The notes beneath the pieces are model-generated. The model was given only the letters and a program-made list of their open reading frames with translations. It was not told where the DNA came from and made no database searches. The position numbers and the translations under genes were made by a program. Below are positions 8,804 to 17,986 of a stretch of 32,000 nucleotides of DNA, piece by piece; the stretch's first letter is position 1; the number at the start of each line of letters is the position of its first letter. This stretch comes from Halogeometricum borinquense DSM 11551 (GTDB lineage: Archaea > Halobacteriota > Halobacteria > Halobacteriales > Haloferacaceae), in NCBI RefSeq assembly GCF_000172995.2, contig NC_014735.1, positions 330,195 through 362,194 of the forward strand, in the 5' to 3' direction.

Positions 8804-11800
8804 TCAGTCGTCTCTTGTTGTTTCGCCACGACCGCCCACATCAGGTGTTGTAAGCACAGACTCGTCCGTCTCGGGACCGAGTGGTTCGACGCGGACGCTC
8901 GACACCTTGTACTCTGGAATGCCCGTCTGCGGGTCGAAATTCTCCTGCGTGAGTTTGTTGACGGCACCGGCAGCAAAGTGCATCGGAATGAACAACGTTC
9001 CGTTCCCGACACGGTCGGTAATGGTCGCCTTGACGACGATAGCCCCGCGCCGGGACTCGACACGGACGTACTCGCCGTCCTCGACACCAATCTGTGCTGC
9101 CGTCTCAGGGCTTATCTCGACGAAACTCTCTCCGACGTGGCTCATCAGACCCTCGACGCGACGCGTGATTTGCCCGGTGTGCCAGTGGTAGAGAACGCGG
9201 CCCGAAGTGAGCGTGTACGGGAACGCTTCGTCCGGCAGTTCACCGGGATGGCCGCCGTCGGCGGGAACGAACCGCGCGAGTCCGTCGTCAAAGTTGAAAT
9301 TCCCCTCCTCGTAGTCGTAGAGATACGGTGTACCCGGGTGGGTTTCATCCCAACACGGCCACTGGAGACCGTGTTCGTCGCCGTTTTCCAATCGGTCGTA
9401 CGTGACACCGCCGTAGATTGGCGCGAGACTGCTGATTTCCGCCATCACCTCTTTTGGATGGTCGTAGTCCCACTCGTAACCGAGGCGATTCGCCAACGCC
9501 TGCGTGATTTCCCAGTCCTGTCGGGCCTCACCCGGCGGATCGGAACTCGGACGAACGCGTTGGATACGACGTTCGGTGTTGGTGAACGTGCCGTGCTTTT
9601 CGGGCGACGTGGCCGCAGGCAGTATCACGTCCGCGTACTCGGCGGTCTCGGTCACGAAGATGTCTTGGACGGCGAGAAAGTCGATCTGCTCTAACGCCTC
9701 GGCAGCGTGTGTTACGTCCGGTTCCGAGAGCGCGGGGTTCTCCCCGACGATATACATCCCTTTGAGGTTCCCCTCGTGTATCTCCGAGAACATCTCCGGA
9801 ACTTTGAGGCCGGGTTCTTCGGGCGGTCGCTCGCCCCACGCCTCGGCAAACTTCTCGCCTACGTCGTCGTCCGCCGGGTCTTGATACCCCGGCAGACTCC
9901 CCGGAAGGGTCCCCATGTCACCGCCACCGCCCTGAACGTTGTTCTGCCCGCGGAACGGCGAGAGACCGGCACCCTCTTTCCCCACCTGTCCGAGCGTGAG
10001 CGCCAAATCGGCCATCGCGATGAGGTTCTCGGTGCCGTGACTGGATTGTGTCATCCCCATCGCCCACCCGAACACGACGGTGTCTGCGGCCGCGAGCGTC
10101 TCGGCCGCGGCGGCCAGTTCGTCCGGGGAAACACCCGCGAGTTCTTCGACTCGCTCGGGGGTGAACGCCTGAACCTTCTTTTTGACGCTCTCGAACCCCT
10201 TCGTGTTTCGCTCGATGAAGGCCGTATCGTGTAAGTCGTTCTCGATAAGATACCGGATGAGACCGTTGAGCCATGCAACGTCGTATCCGGGTCGCGTCCG
10301 AGTGTACTGGTCTGCGTGTTCGGCAATACCGACTTTCCGCGGGTCGAAAACGATGAGATCAGCACCGTCGCGGACGTTCTGCTTGATTCGCGTCGCCAAC
10401 ACGGGGTGTGATTCGGTCGTGTTGGACCCGCTGATGAGGTACGCGTCGGCGTGGCCGATATCTTCGTTAATGCGGTTCGTCATCGCGCCGTACCCGAGCG
10501 TCTGCTGGAGTGCCGCGACAGTCGAAGAGTGGCACAGACGCGCGCAGTTGTCGATGTTCTTCGTGCCGAGCACCTGTCGTGCGAACTTCTGGACCAGATA
10601 CGCCTCCTCATTGGTCCCTTTCGAAGATGCAAGACAGCCCACGGTATCGACGCCGTGTTCGTCCTGAATTTCGGACAGGCGATCAGCAACGTAATCGAGA
10701 GCATTTTCCCAACTGGTCGGTTCGAATTCGCCCGCATCGTTGCGAACGAGCGGTCGGGTGAGTCGCTTCCGACTGTTTGCAAACTCGTGACCGAATTTCC
10801 CCTTCACGCAGGTCGAGAAGTTGTTCGCGGGTGCACTATCAGGGTCTTCGATAGGGACGACACCCAGCGAGTCGCCGTCTTTGCCCCACATCTCGAACCG
10901 ACAGCCGACAGCGCAGAACCCGCAGGTCGTCTCTGCACGGTTTAGCTTCCCGAGTCGGTACGCTCCGACGGCGCTCGCAACGTCGAACAGTCGTCCTTCA
11001 GGGAGCGTGTTGGCCGCGATACCTTCGGCGGTGTGTTCCCCGGTAAGCATGAGTTTCCGCCCGATGTCGTCGGCGCGGCGCTTCGCGTTCGCCATAAATC
11101 GCGCAACGCCTGACCGGTCGGCGGCATCGCCCTCATCTCCGTCACGAACCCCGAACGAACGGTTCGGAGCGGGCGTGTCGTCTATCGTTTCGACGGACTC
11201 GTGATCGATGACCGTTCCGACCGAGTTTCGTTGGGTAAAACCCGGAAGTGGAAGCGTTCCGGCCCCGCCGATTCCTTTCTCGGTGATCGAACCGGTCGGG
11301 CAAACCGTCGCACAGTGCCCGCACGAGACGCACTCTGAGTCAGCCATCGTCTCGGCGTCCGACTGAAATCCGATTCGGGTGTCCGGACCGCTCCCTTCAA
11401 TGCGAAGAACCCCCTCGACCTGTACGTCGTTGCAGGCTTCGACACAGCGGTTACAGAGGATACACTTGTTGCGGTCGATCTGGATGAACGACGAGGTGTC
11501 GTCCAGCGGTTCGTACTCCGCGCGGTCGTCGAAAACGCCGTATCGGGGATGCTCGACATCCGCACCGATAGCTGTCTCTTGAAGTTCACACCGACCGTTT
11601 CCGTTACAGGTCGTACAGCGCAGATTGTGATTCGAGAGGACGAGATCGAGGTTGACGCTCCGAGACTCCGCGGCGTCCACCGTGTCGGTCCGGACGCGAA
11701 GACCGTCTTCCGCGGGGAACGAACAGGACGGGACGAGTCCGTGTTCGTCGGTCTCGACGATACAGGTTCGGCACTCACTACGTGGGCCGACTTCGTCGCT

Positions 11801-12100
11801 ACAGTCACCCTCGCGGTCGTAGTAACAGAGTGCGGGAACGTCGGCATCGTCGTGGAGGACATCCGCACCGGGGCTGACAGTAACCGTCTGATCACTGGCC
11901 GCCTGCATGGCATCGATTACCGTCGAACCCGGGGGGACGGTCACGAGTTCGTCGTTCACTCGGAGCGTCGTCGACGCGTCTCCGGACGTTCCGGTCGGCG
12001 GATCAGACGCAGTTCCGGTCTCGAACTCGCTCGTGACCGGTGTTTGGGGCCGCGGGTCGGTAACGTCAGGGATGCTCGGTAGTGGGTCGTCAGTGCTCAT
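8804..12100 (-). CDS. fdhA: Formate dehydrogenase alpha subunit, molybdopterin-dependent, Cys-type, with N-terminal 2Fe-2S / 4Fe-4S (NuoG-like) domains
   Basis: 1098 aa. Cys clusters are present (CRTCIVE..., CTTCNGNGRCELQ, CILCNRCVEAC, CVSCGHCATVCPTG). The MopB domain has ARLCHSSTVAAL at the position where FdhF carries Sec/Cys-His. The C-terminal molydopterin-binding barrel contains ...RRGAIVVKATITDRV. Confidence 0.9.
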   Translation of the reverse strand: MSTDDPLPSIPDVTDPRPQTPVTSEFETGTASDPPTGTSGDASTTLRVNDELVTVPPGSTVIDAMQAASDQTVTVSPGADVLHDDADVPALCYYDREGDCSDEVGPRSECRTCIVETDEHGLVPSCSFPAEDGLRVRTDTVDAAESRSVNLDLVLSNHNLRCTTCNGNGRCELQETAIGADVEHPRYGVFDDRAEYEPLDDTSSFIQIDRNKCILCNRCVEACNDVQVEGVLRIEGSGPDTRIGFQSDAETMADSECVSCGHCATVCPTGSITEKGIGGAGTLPLPGFTQRNSVGTVIDHESVETIDDTPAPNRSFGVRDGDEGDAADRSGVARFMANAKRRADDIGRKLMLTGEHTAEGIAANTLPEGRLFDVASAVGAYRLGKLNRAETTCGFCAVGCRFEMWGKDGDSLGVVPIEDPDSAPANNFSTCVKGKFGHEFANSRKRLTRPLVRNDAGEFEPTSWENALDYVADRLSEIQDEHGVDTVGCLASSKGTNEEAYLVQKFARQVLGTKNIDNCARLCHSSTVAALQQTLGYGAMTNRINEDIGHADAYLISGSNTTESHPVLATRIKQNVRDGADLIVFDPRKVGIAEHADQYTRTRPGYDVAWLNGLIRYLIENDLHDTAFIERNTKGFESVKKKVQAFTPERVEELAGVSPDELAAAAETLAAADTVVFGWAMGMTQSSHGTENLIAMADLALTLGQVGKEGAGLSPFRGQNNVQGGGGDMGTLPGSLPGYQDPADDDVGEKFAEAWGERPPEEPGLKVPEMFSEIHEGNLKGMYIVGENPALSEPDVTHAAEALEQIDFLAVQDIFVTETAEYADVILPAATSPEKHGTFTNTERRIQRVRPSSDPPGEARQDWEITQALANRLGYEWDYDHPKEVMAEISSLAPIYGGVTYDRLENGDEHGLQWPCWDETHPGTPYLYDYEEGNFNFDDGLARFVPADGGHPGELPDEAFPYTLTSGRVLYHWHTGQITRRVEGLMSHVGESFVEISPETAAQIGVEDGEYVRVESRRGAIVVKATITDRVGNGTLFIPMHFAAGAVNKLTQENFDPQTGIPEYKVSSVRVEPLGPETDESVLTTPDVGGRGETTRDD

Positions 12101-12440
12101 GATGCCTCCAGACCGGAGCAGGTGGGATGGGTGTCGTCAGCGCGTCCTCTGACTGTCGGTGCAGTCGTAACGAATCCCGAGTCGGCCGCATCTCGGACGG
12201 CAGCAGTGACCGCCTCGAAGTCACTCCCGCTGAGACCGAACCGGGCGGAAAAACGGAATATCGGCCGTCAGAACTCGGTCTTCGTACCATCTACTCAGAT
12301 ATCGGTCCGGGTGAGGTAAAAAATGCCGGTGCGAGGCTACGTGGAGGCCGCGGGATAAGCGAACGAAATGAATCGCCAGCGACCGATGCAACGCGTCCGC
12401 TGGCAAAGGGGTTAGGAGACTCGGGGTCACGTTGTGCAGT

Positions 12441-12713
12441 ATGGAGAACCCACAGTTCGACGAAGTCAGAGCGGACGCCGCAGCAGCGATTACGGATGGC
12501 AATCTCCGTTCGGTTTACACCGGTCTCGTCCACGAAAATGGCCGCCACGAGTACTACTTCGGCAACGACACCGAACGTGCGGACGAACTCAGAGAAACTG
12601 CGGCGATTCAACTTGGAATGCTCGTTCGCGTTCTTGCGGACCGATCAGACAGCAGCGTCGATGAGATAGCCGAACTCGCCGCCGAGCGTGCCGAGAACAT
12701 GGAACTTCGGTAA
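12441..12713 (+). CDS. Small acidic hypothetical protein (90 aa)
   Basis: The ORF has haloarchaeal-like composition: MENPQFDEVRADAAAAITDGNLRSVYTGLVHENGRHEYYFGNDTERADELRETAAIQLGMLVRVLADRSD... I prefer ATG 12441 over the TTG at 12432. I cannot name a family. Confidence 0.55.
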   Translation: MENPQFDEVRADAAAAITDGNLRSVYTGLVHENGRHEYYFGNDTERADELRETAAIQLGMLVRVLADRSDSSVDEIAELAAERAENMELR

Positions 12714-12727
12714 CTCGTCAGTTCGAA

Positions 12728-12928
12728 TTACTGTATCTCGACGGCACCACACTCGGGACACGTCACTTTGACATCACCGGGGTCCTCGTCCGACTCATCT
12801 ACGAGTTCGTATCCCCTCGCGCACTCTTCGTGGAGGAACACGCGATGCTCGGCGTGGTCCGCAAGGAGGATATCGTCCCGTTCGTCCGGAAGGACGAGTC
12901 CATGACAAAAGTAGCACTCGCCGTCCAT
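12728..12928 (-). CDS. Small zinc-ribbon protein (66 aa)
   Basis: MDGECYFCHG...HEEC...VTCPECGAVEIQ has CxxC(H) at the N-terminus and CxxC at the C-terminus, with an acidic linker. This is typical of haloarchaeal zinc-finger micro-proteins. Confidence 0.6.
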   Translation of the reverse strand: MDGECYFCHGLVLPDERDDILLADHAEHRVFLHEECARGYELVDESDEDPGDVKVTCPECGAVEIQ

Positions 12929-13074
12929 AGTTGTATATGGCTACTAATCGTGATATATTTGTCCCTCAATACAGGTGCAATTGCGACAGAGAGCAGTCTG
13001 AGGTGGGAAACGTAGCTGAGAGGCTCAGATAGAGAAATATCCAAGACTAAGACGCTCGACGGCAAACAGTCAGT

Positions 13075-13938
13075 ATGGAATATCGGTACACCGGTGACGC
13101 CCACAAACGGTTGTTCGCCTCGTATCATGACGATACCGACCCGTTTCCGAAGCCGACAGCGATGGAGTTTCCGACGCAGCGGTACAGACGCGAGGAGGTC
13201 GATATTCTGAAGCGATTGTTCTTCCCGACGTGCTGGAACGCCGCCGGTCTCGTCCGAGACAAATCGGCAGTCCTTGACGAACTCGACAACCTCGGCTCTC
13301 TTTTCTACGCCGGGATTCGCCCATATGCAGACGACGACCCGTCTCGCACGGTCGAACAGATTCTCAACGAACTACCGAAGATTCGGGCAACGCTGAAAAA
13401 AGACGTCGAAGCCGCGTACAAGGGCGACCCGGCGGCGAAGACGTACATGGAGATCATCAGGTCGTATCCGGGATTTCTCGCCATCATGGTCCAGCGCGTC
13501 GCCCACGAACTCTACAAACGAGACGCGGGTGAGTACGCCCGCGAACTGACCGAGTTCGCCAAAACACAGTCCGGAATCGACATCCATCCCGGTGCCGAGA
13601 TTGGCGAGTATTTCTTCATCGACCACGGGACCGGCGTCGTCATCGGGGAGACGGCAACCGTCGGCGACTGGGTCCGGATCTACCAAGACGTGACGCTCGG
13701 CGCACTGCACTTCGAGAAGGACGAGACCGAAGAGCACAAATTAAAGAAGGGGTACAAGCGACACCCGGACATCGGAGACCACGTCGTCATCGGTGCCGGT
13801 ACGAAGGTGCTGGGTGCGATTACCGTCGGTGACCACGTCAGCGTCGGTGCCAACTCGTGGGTGTCCGAGGACGTTCCGGATCACACGAAGGTACTCGTCA
13901 CAGATCATCCGACGCAGAAACGGAAAAGTACGGACTAA
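13075..13938 (+). CDS. cysE: Serine O-acetyltransferase
   Basis: The SATase N-terminal helical region contains DVEAAYKGDPAAKTYMEIIRSYPGFLAIMVQRVAHELY. It is followed by a left-handed beta-helix of hexapeptide repeats: IDIHPGAEIGEYFFIDHGTGVVIGETATVGDWVRIYQDVTLG...IGDHVVIGAGTKVLGAITVGDHVSVGANSWV. Confidence 0.85.
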   Translation: MEYRYTGDAHKRLFASYHDDTDPFPKPTAMEFPTQRYRREEVDILKRLFFPTCWNAAGLVRDKSAVLDELDNLGSLFYAGIRPYADDDPSRTVEQILNELPKIRATLKKDVEAAYKGDPAAKTYMEIIRSYPGFLAIMVQRVAHELYKRDAGEYARELTEFAKTQSGIDIHPGAEIGEYFFIDHGTGVVIGETATVGDWVRIYQDVTLGALHFEKDETEEHKLKKGYKRHPDIGDHVVIGAGTKVLGAITVGDHVSVGANSWVSEDVPDHTKVLVTDHPTQKRKSTD

Positions 13939-13991
13939 CAGTCAGACCAACAGGGTACTGATAGAGAGGCGGACGCCGATTCGTAGCTGCC

Positions 13992-13996
13992 TTTTT
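13992..13996 (+). terminator. Oligo-T stretch downstream of cysE
   Basis: A T5 run lies about 55 nt after the cysE stop. Confidence 0.3.
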
Positions 13997-14045
13997 CAAC
14001 AAATATCGTCCAAAGATACGCAAGGATAGCGACCGATAGCGTACG

Positions 14046-14196
14046 ATGACAGTGGTGATCGCGGCCGCCGCTGTCACGCGTGCGGCGCGCGAGCGGTGCA
14101 ACAGGCGACAGTGGTGATCCACCAGTGAGTGGTGATACAACAGTGATAGTAGTGAGACAACAGTGACGAGCCAACTGGTACGCAAGTCAGTACCAG
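14046..14196 (+). repeat. Cluster of short direct repeats and a hairpin in the leader of the P-type ATPase gene
   Basis: ACAGTGGTGATC occurs at 14049-14060 and 14108-14119. GAGTGGTGATA is at 14127-14137. ACAACAGTGA occurs at 14137-14147 and 14157-14167. A hairpin CTGGTAC-n8-GTACCAG spans 14175-14196. Confidence 0.7.
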
Positions 14197-14254
14197 CAGA
14201 ACAACAGAAACTATTGTTTCGGTAGCGACAAAACACGAACGGCAACGAACGCTG

Positions 14255-16945
14255 ATGGATTGGCACGCACGCGACCCCGAAGAGAGCTACGAGGAACTGG
14301 ATACGACCGCGTCCGGCCTCTCAGCCACAGACGCCGCCGAGCGCTACGAGACGGTTGGTCCGAACGAAATCACGGGTGAGCGACAGCGAGGTCCACTGCG
14401 GATCTTCCTCGCACAGTTCTCCAGCGCGCTCATCTGGGTACTACTGCTCGCGGCAGTACTCTCGTTCAGCATCGGCCACACTGTTGACGCGGTTCTCATC
14501 GGTATTATCCTCCTCGCAAACGGCGCCTTCGGATTCGTCCAGGAGTACCGCGCAGAGCAGAGCCTGGACGCCCTCCGAGAACTGACGACGCCGACAGTGA
14601 CTGTCCGCCGCGACGGCGACGAACAGAGCGTGGAGGCGACGGAACTGGTTCCCGGTGATATCGTCGTCGTCGGACAGGGGGATGTCGTCCCCGCGGACTG
14701 CCGACTCGTCGAAGCGCAGAACATGGAAATCGACGAGTCCGCACTAACCGGCGAGAGCGTTCCCGTCAAGAAGACGACGGAGGCGGTGAACGCCGACACG
14801 CCGCTGGCAGAACGGGAGAGTATGGCCTACAAAGGGACGAACGTCACCCGCGGTCGAGGCGTCGCCGTCGTCGTCTCAACCGGGATGGAAACCGAAGTTG
14901 GTTCCATCGCAGAGGCGCTGAGTAGCGCAGAGGATCTTCAGACGCCGCTCCAACAGGATTTAGACCGACTCGGTCGCCGCCTCGGACTCGGCGTCGTCGC
15001 GCTCTCGGCCGTTCTCGTCCCGCTACTCGTCTTCGTCGGTGGGAGATCACTCGTTCAATCAGGGCTTACAGCCGTCTCGTTGGCCGTAGCGGCGGTTCCA
15101 GAGGGCCTCCCAGCCGTCGTCACGCTGACGCTCGCACTCGGCGTGCGTCGAATGGCCGACGAGAACGCCCTCGTTCGGACGCTTCCAGCGGTCGAAGCCC
15201 TCGGTGCCGTGGACGTGGTCTGTACGGACAAGACGGGGACGCTGACGGAGGGAGAGATGCGCGTCCGTGGTGCCTGGGTGTACGGCCAAGCGTTCGACAT
15301 CGGGCGGGATTCGGCGGGAAATCCAGCGGAAAAAGCGACGAGTGAATCGGCAGACAAAGGGAGAGACAAGCCAGCGGATGAGGAAGCGGGAGAGAGAGCA
15401 GACGAGCGGTTCGACCGACTCCTCGAAATCGGCGCACTCTGCAACGATGCGACAACCGAGGAGGGCGATCCGACGGAACGGGCACTCGTTGCGGCCGCGG
15501 AGCGGCGGTTCGACGTTGCTGCTCGCAGAGCGGAGCGTCCGCGACGGGACGAAGTTCCGTTCTCCTCGGAGCGAAAACGGATGGCGACGATTCACGACGA
15601 CGTAGTGTACGTCAAGGGTGCGCCGGACGAGATTCTCCGCCGGACGACGCGTGTCCTCACCGCAGAGGGGATCACAACGATGGACGACGACGTGCGAACG
15701 CGAATCCGCGACCAGATAGACGAATTCGCCGCAGACGCGCTTCGCGTCCTCGCGTTCGCTTACAAGGACCGAGATGACGACGGTGGTCCCGAGGAGAATC
15801 TCATTTTCGTTGGCCTCCAAGGTCTCATCGACCCACCGCGCGAGGAGGTACGCGACGCTATCGAGGACACAAAACGGGCGGGAATCGACGTGAAGGTCAT
15901 CACCGGCGACCATCCGACGACTGGGCAGGCGATTGCCTCGCAGGTCGGCGTCGAATCGGACGTGCTGAGTGGTGCTGACGTGGACTCGATGGACGAGGAC
16001 GAACTGCGGGAGCGTGTCGAAGACGTAGACGTGTTCGCCCGAGCGGAGCCCTCGCACAAGGTGCGTATCCTCAAGTCGCTGCAAGCGAACGGCCATCGAG
16101 TGGCGATGACCGGGGACGGCATCAACGACGCGCCGGCGCTGAAAAACGCCGATGTCGGGATCGCCATGGGCGTTCGCGGTACCGACGTGGCAAAGCAAGC
16201 GAGCGACATCATCCTGTTGGACGACAACTACGCGACAATTCGCAACGCGATCAGACGCGGACGAACAATCTTCGACAACGTCTGGAAGTTCGTCGCCTAT
16301 CTGCTCAGCGCGAACGTCGCCGAGGTGTTGGTTGTGTTTATCGCGTCGTTATTCGGTTATCTCATCCTTCCAGCAGTTCAACTACTGTGGATAAACCTCC
16401 TCACCGATGGTCTCCCGGCGTTAGCGCTCGGGACGGATCCCTCGGGAGATGTGATGGATCGAACGCCGCGAGACCGCGTGACGGGCATTATCGACCGAAT
16501 GATGCTCGAACTTATCAGCGGGGCGGGTGTGACAGTGACCGTTCTCATGTTGGGGCTGATGTTTTACACCCTCAACGGCGCACCGTCGGTGACGCCGTAC
16601 GCGATGACGATGGTGTTCACCGGCTTCGTCCTCTTCGAGTTCGTTAAACTCTACGTCGTCAGGTGGACGAAAGAGACGCCCACGTTCTCGAACGCGTGGC
16701 TGGCGGTCGCCGTCGTCGCGTCGTTACTCCTCCAGTTGGCCGTCCTCTACACGCCGCTTCGAACCTACTTCGGAACCGTTCCGCTCAGTGTCAGTGATTG
16801 GGGGCTGTTGGGAGCCGTGCTTCTCACCGGCGCGCCAGTTTTGGTTCTCGTCGGCTGGGTGGTCAAGCGCCGAGAAAGTGGTCACCGTCCGATACTCGAT
16901 TCCGTCGAGTCCGCAGACGCTGATCTCGAACTCGGTGGTGACTGA
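14255..16945 (+). CDS. Cation-transporting P-type ATPase (type II, Ca2+/cation pump-like)
   Basis: The protein has a Cation_ATPase_N-like start ([18 protein letters not shown]), TGES, the phosphorylation motif [17 protein letters not shown] and [22 protein letters not shown]. It has 10 TM-type hydrophobic segments. Confidence 0.9.
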   Translation: MDWHARDPEESYEELDTTASGLSATDAAERYETVGPNEITGERQRGPLRIFLAQFSSALIWVLLLAAVLSFSIGHTVDAVLIGIILLANGAFGFVQEYRAEQSLDALRELTTPTVTVRRDGDEQSVEATELVPGDIVVVGQGDVVPADCRLVEAQNMEIDESALTGESVPVKKTTEAVNADTPLAERESMAYKGTNVTRGRGVAVVVSTGMETEVGSIAEALSSAEDLQTPLQQDLDRLGRRLGLGVVALSAVLVPLLVFVGGRSLVQSGLTAVSLAVAAVPEGLPAVVTLTLALGVRRMADENALVRTLPAVEALGAVDVVCTDKTGTLTEGEMRVRGAWVYGQAFDIGRDSAGNPAEKATSESADKGRDKPADEEAGERADERFDRLLEIGALCNDATTEEGDPTERALVAAAERRFDVAARRAERPRRDEVPFSSERKRMATIHDDVVYVKGAPDEILRRTTRVLTAEGITTMDDDVRTRIRDQIDEFAADALRVLAFAYKDRDDDGGPEENLIFVGLQGLIDPPREEVRDAIEDTKRAGIDVKVITGDHPTTGQAIASQVGVESDVLSGADVDSMDEDELRERVEDVDVFARAEPSHKVRILKSLQANGHRVAMTGDGINDAPALKNADVGIAMGVRGTDVAKQASDIILLDDNYATIRNAIRRGRTIFDNVWKFVAYLLSANVAEVLVVFIASLFGYLILPAVQLLWINLLTDGLPALALGTDPSGDVMDRTPRDRVTGIIDRMMLELISGAGVTVTVLMLGLMFYTLNGAPSVTPYAMTMVFTGFVLFEFVKLYVVRWTKETPTFSNAWLAVAVVASLLLQLAVLYTPLRTYFGTVPLSVSDWGLLGAVLLTGAPVLVLVGWVVKRRESGHRPILDSVESADADLELGGD

Positions 16946-16993
16946 CGCTCCGCCGTAGACGACGGCCACCACCAACGGCCGCTGCCGACCACC

Positions 16994-17575
16994 TCAACTC
17001 GGGAGAACAACGTTGATTCCGGCAACGACAAGTCCCGCGAGCGCCATCCGGAACGCTGAGACGTACCAGCGCTGGCCGGAAATCGAACCCATGTACGCTC
17101 CGAAGACGGCCAAGATGCCAGTTCCAAGAGCGACGCCGACGAATCCGGCCTCCGCCATCGAGAACACCGACCCTTCGAATGCGAACGGGACGAGCGGGAC
17201 GAGGATACCGATCAGCGGTCCGAGTCCGCTCAGCGTCGCGTGGACGGTTCGTGCGCCACGTTTCTTCCGTTCGATCTGCGTGTCATCCAGATCAACCAGC
17301 ATCGCGCGTTCGAGGCGGCGAATATCGGCCCGTGTCTCGGCGCGTTCGATCTCCCAGACGCTCCAGACGGCCGAAGTACCCAACCCGACGGCGGCACCGA
17401 CACCGATTTTCACGACGGTAAAGCCATCTGGGATACCCGAAAGAACTGCACCGACGATGATACCGATACTCGTCAGTGTCCCGTCGAACCCGTTCGAAAC
17501 GAAGTACCGACGGGCGATAGCGAGAACGGATTCGTCACGGAGGAGGCGGAGAAACCGACTCGTCGGTGACGCCAC
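16994..17575 (-). CDS. VIT1/CCC1-family-like membrane protein (putative Fe/Mn transporter)
   Basis: 193 aa. The N-terminus ...IARRYFVSNGFDGTLTSIGIIVG is followed by an amphipathic ERAETRADIRRLERAML region and hydrophobic helices. The family assignment is from memory of haloarchaeal VIT-family annotations. Confidence 0.6.
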   Translation of the reverse strand: MASPTSRFLRLLRDESVLAIARRYFVSNGFDGTLTSIGIIVGAVLSGIPDGFTVVKIGVGAAVGLGTSAVWSVWEIERAETRADIRRLERAMLVDLDDTQIERKKRGARTVHATLSGLGPLIGILVPLVPFAFEGSVFSMAEAGFVGVALGTGILAVFGAYMGSISGQRWYVSAFRMALAGLVVAGINVVLPS

Positions 17576-17580
17576 GACGA

Positions 17581-17871
17581 TTACCCGTCCTGCAACGTCC
17601 GGTGGTCTTCGACAATGTATTCACCGTACGCGACTTGGTCCACGGAGTGGACAGTTCCACCGAGATTTTCGATTGACTCCTCGATAGCGACGTAGTCCAA
17701 GGCGGTTCCTTCGACGGTGATTTTCACGTTCTGGACCTCCTGATCGAGTTCGATGAGCGATCCGGTGGCTGCATCCACCGTCTCGGCGTCAGCGATGTGT
17801 TCGGTGAACTTCCTCAGCGGCGGGTCGTGCGGCTTCAAAACGTCGAGTACAATGCGTCGCGCGTCGGCCAT
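17581..17871 (-). CDS. DUF211-family small protein (COG1888-like)
   Basis: MADARRIVLDVLKPHDPPLRKFTEHIADAETVDAATGSLIELDQEVQNVKITVEGTALDYVAIEESIENLGGTVHSVDQV resembles archaeal DUF211. It lies 5 nt upstream of the VIT gene, so the two likely form an operon. Confidence 0.65.
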   Translation of the reverse strand: MADARRIVLDVLKPHDPPLRKFTEHIADAETVDAATGSLIELDQEVQNVKITVEGTALDYVAIEESIENLGGTVHSVDQVAYGEYIVEDHRTLQDG

Positions 17872-17896
17872 TACGTAGTCGTGTCGGCAAGCAAGC

Positions 17897-17902
17897 TATT
17901 AA
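17897..17902 (-). promoter_or_regulatory. TATA-like box for the DUF211-VIT operon
   Basis: The minus strand reads TTAATA, centred about 28 nt upstream of the ATG at 17871. Confidence 0.4.
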
Positions 17903-17986
17903 TCTCAGGGGATAACACGAAGTTCCAACGAACGCAACTCGGTCGAACCCGAACGTCTCCCACAGTCCGGTTCTCCGATTCGACCG

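Noticed and set aside
8907-12082. Numerous plus-strand ORFs (for example 8978-9694, 9707-10234, 11549-12082) inside the fdhA region
   Set aside because: They are shadow ORFs of a GC-rich gene. None has recognisable motifs, whereas the minus-strand frame is continuous for 1098 aa with Fe-S and molybdopterin signatures.
12127-12669. 180-aa plus-strand ORF covering the fdhA upstream spacer and the small acidic protein gene
   Set aside because: It is in a different frame from the plausible 90-aa protein, and its translation is Ser/Arg-rich with no motifs.
13898-14266. Minus-strand ORFs of 122 aa and 79 aa spanning the cysE-ATPase spacer
   Set aside because: They overlap the ends of both flanking genes and translate the DNA repeats into Cys/His/Arg-rich low-complexity sequence. 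They are better explained as non-coding repeats.
15059-16198. 379-aa minus-strand ORF inside the P-type ATPase gene
   Set aside because: It is an antisense shadow ORF. The plus strand carries the [14 protein letters not shown] and other P-type ATPase motifs.
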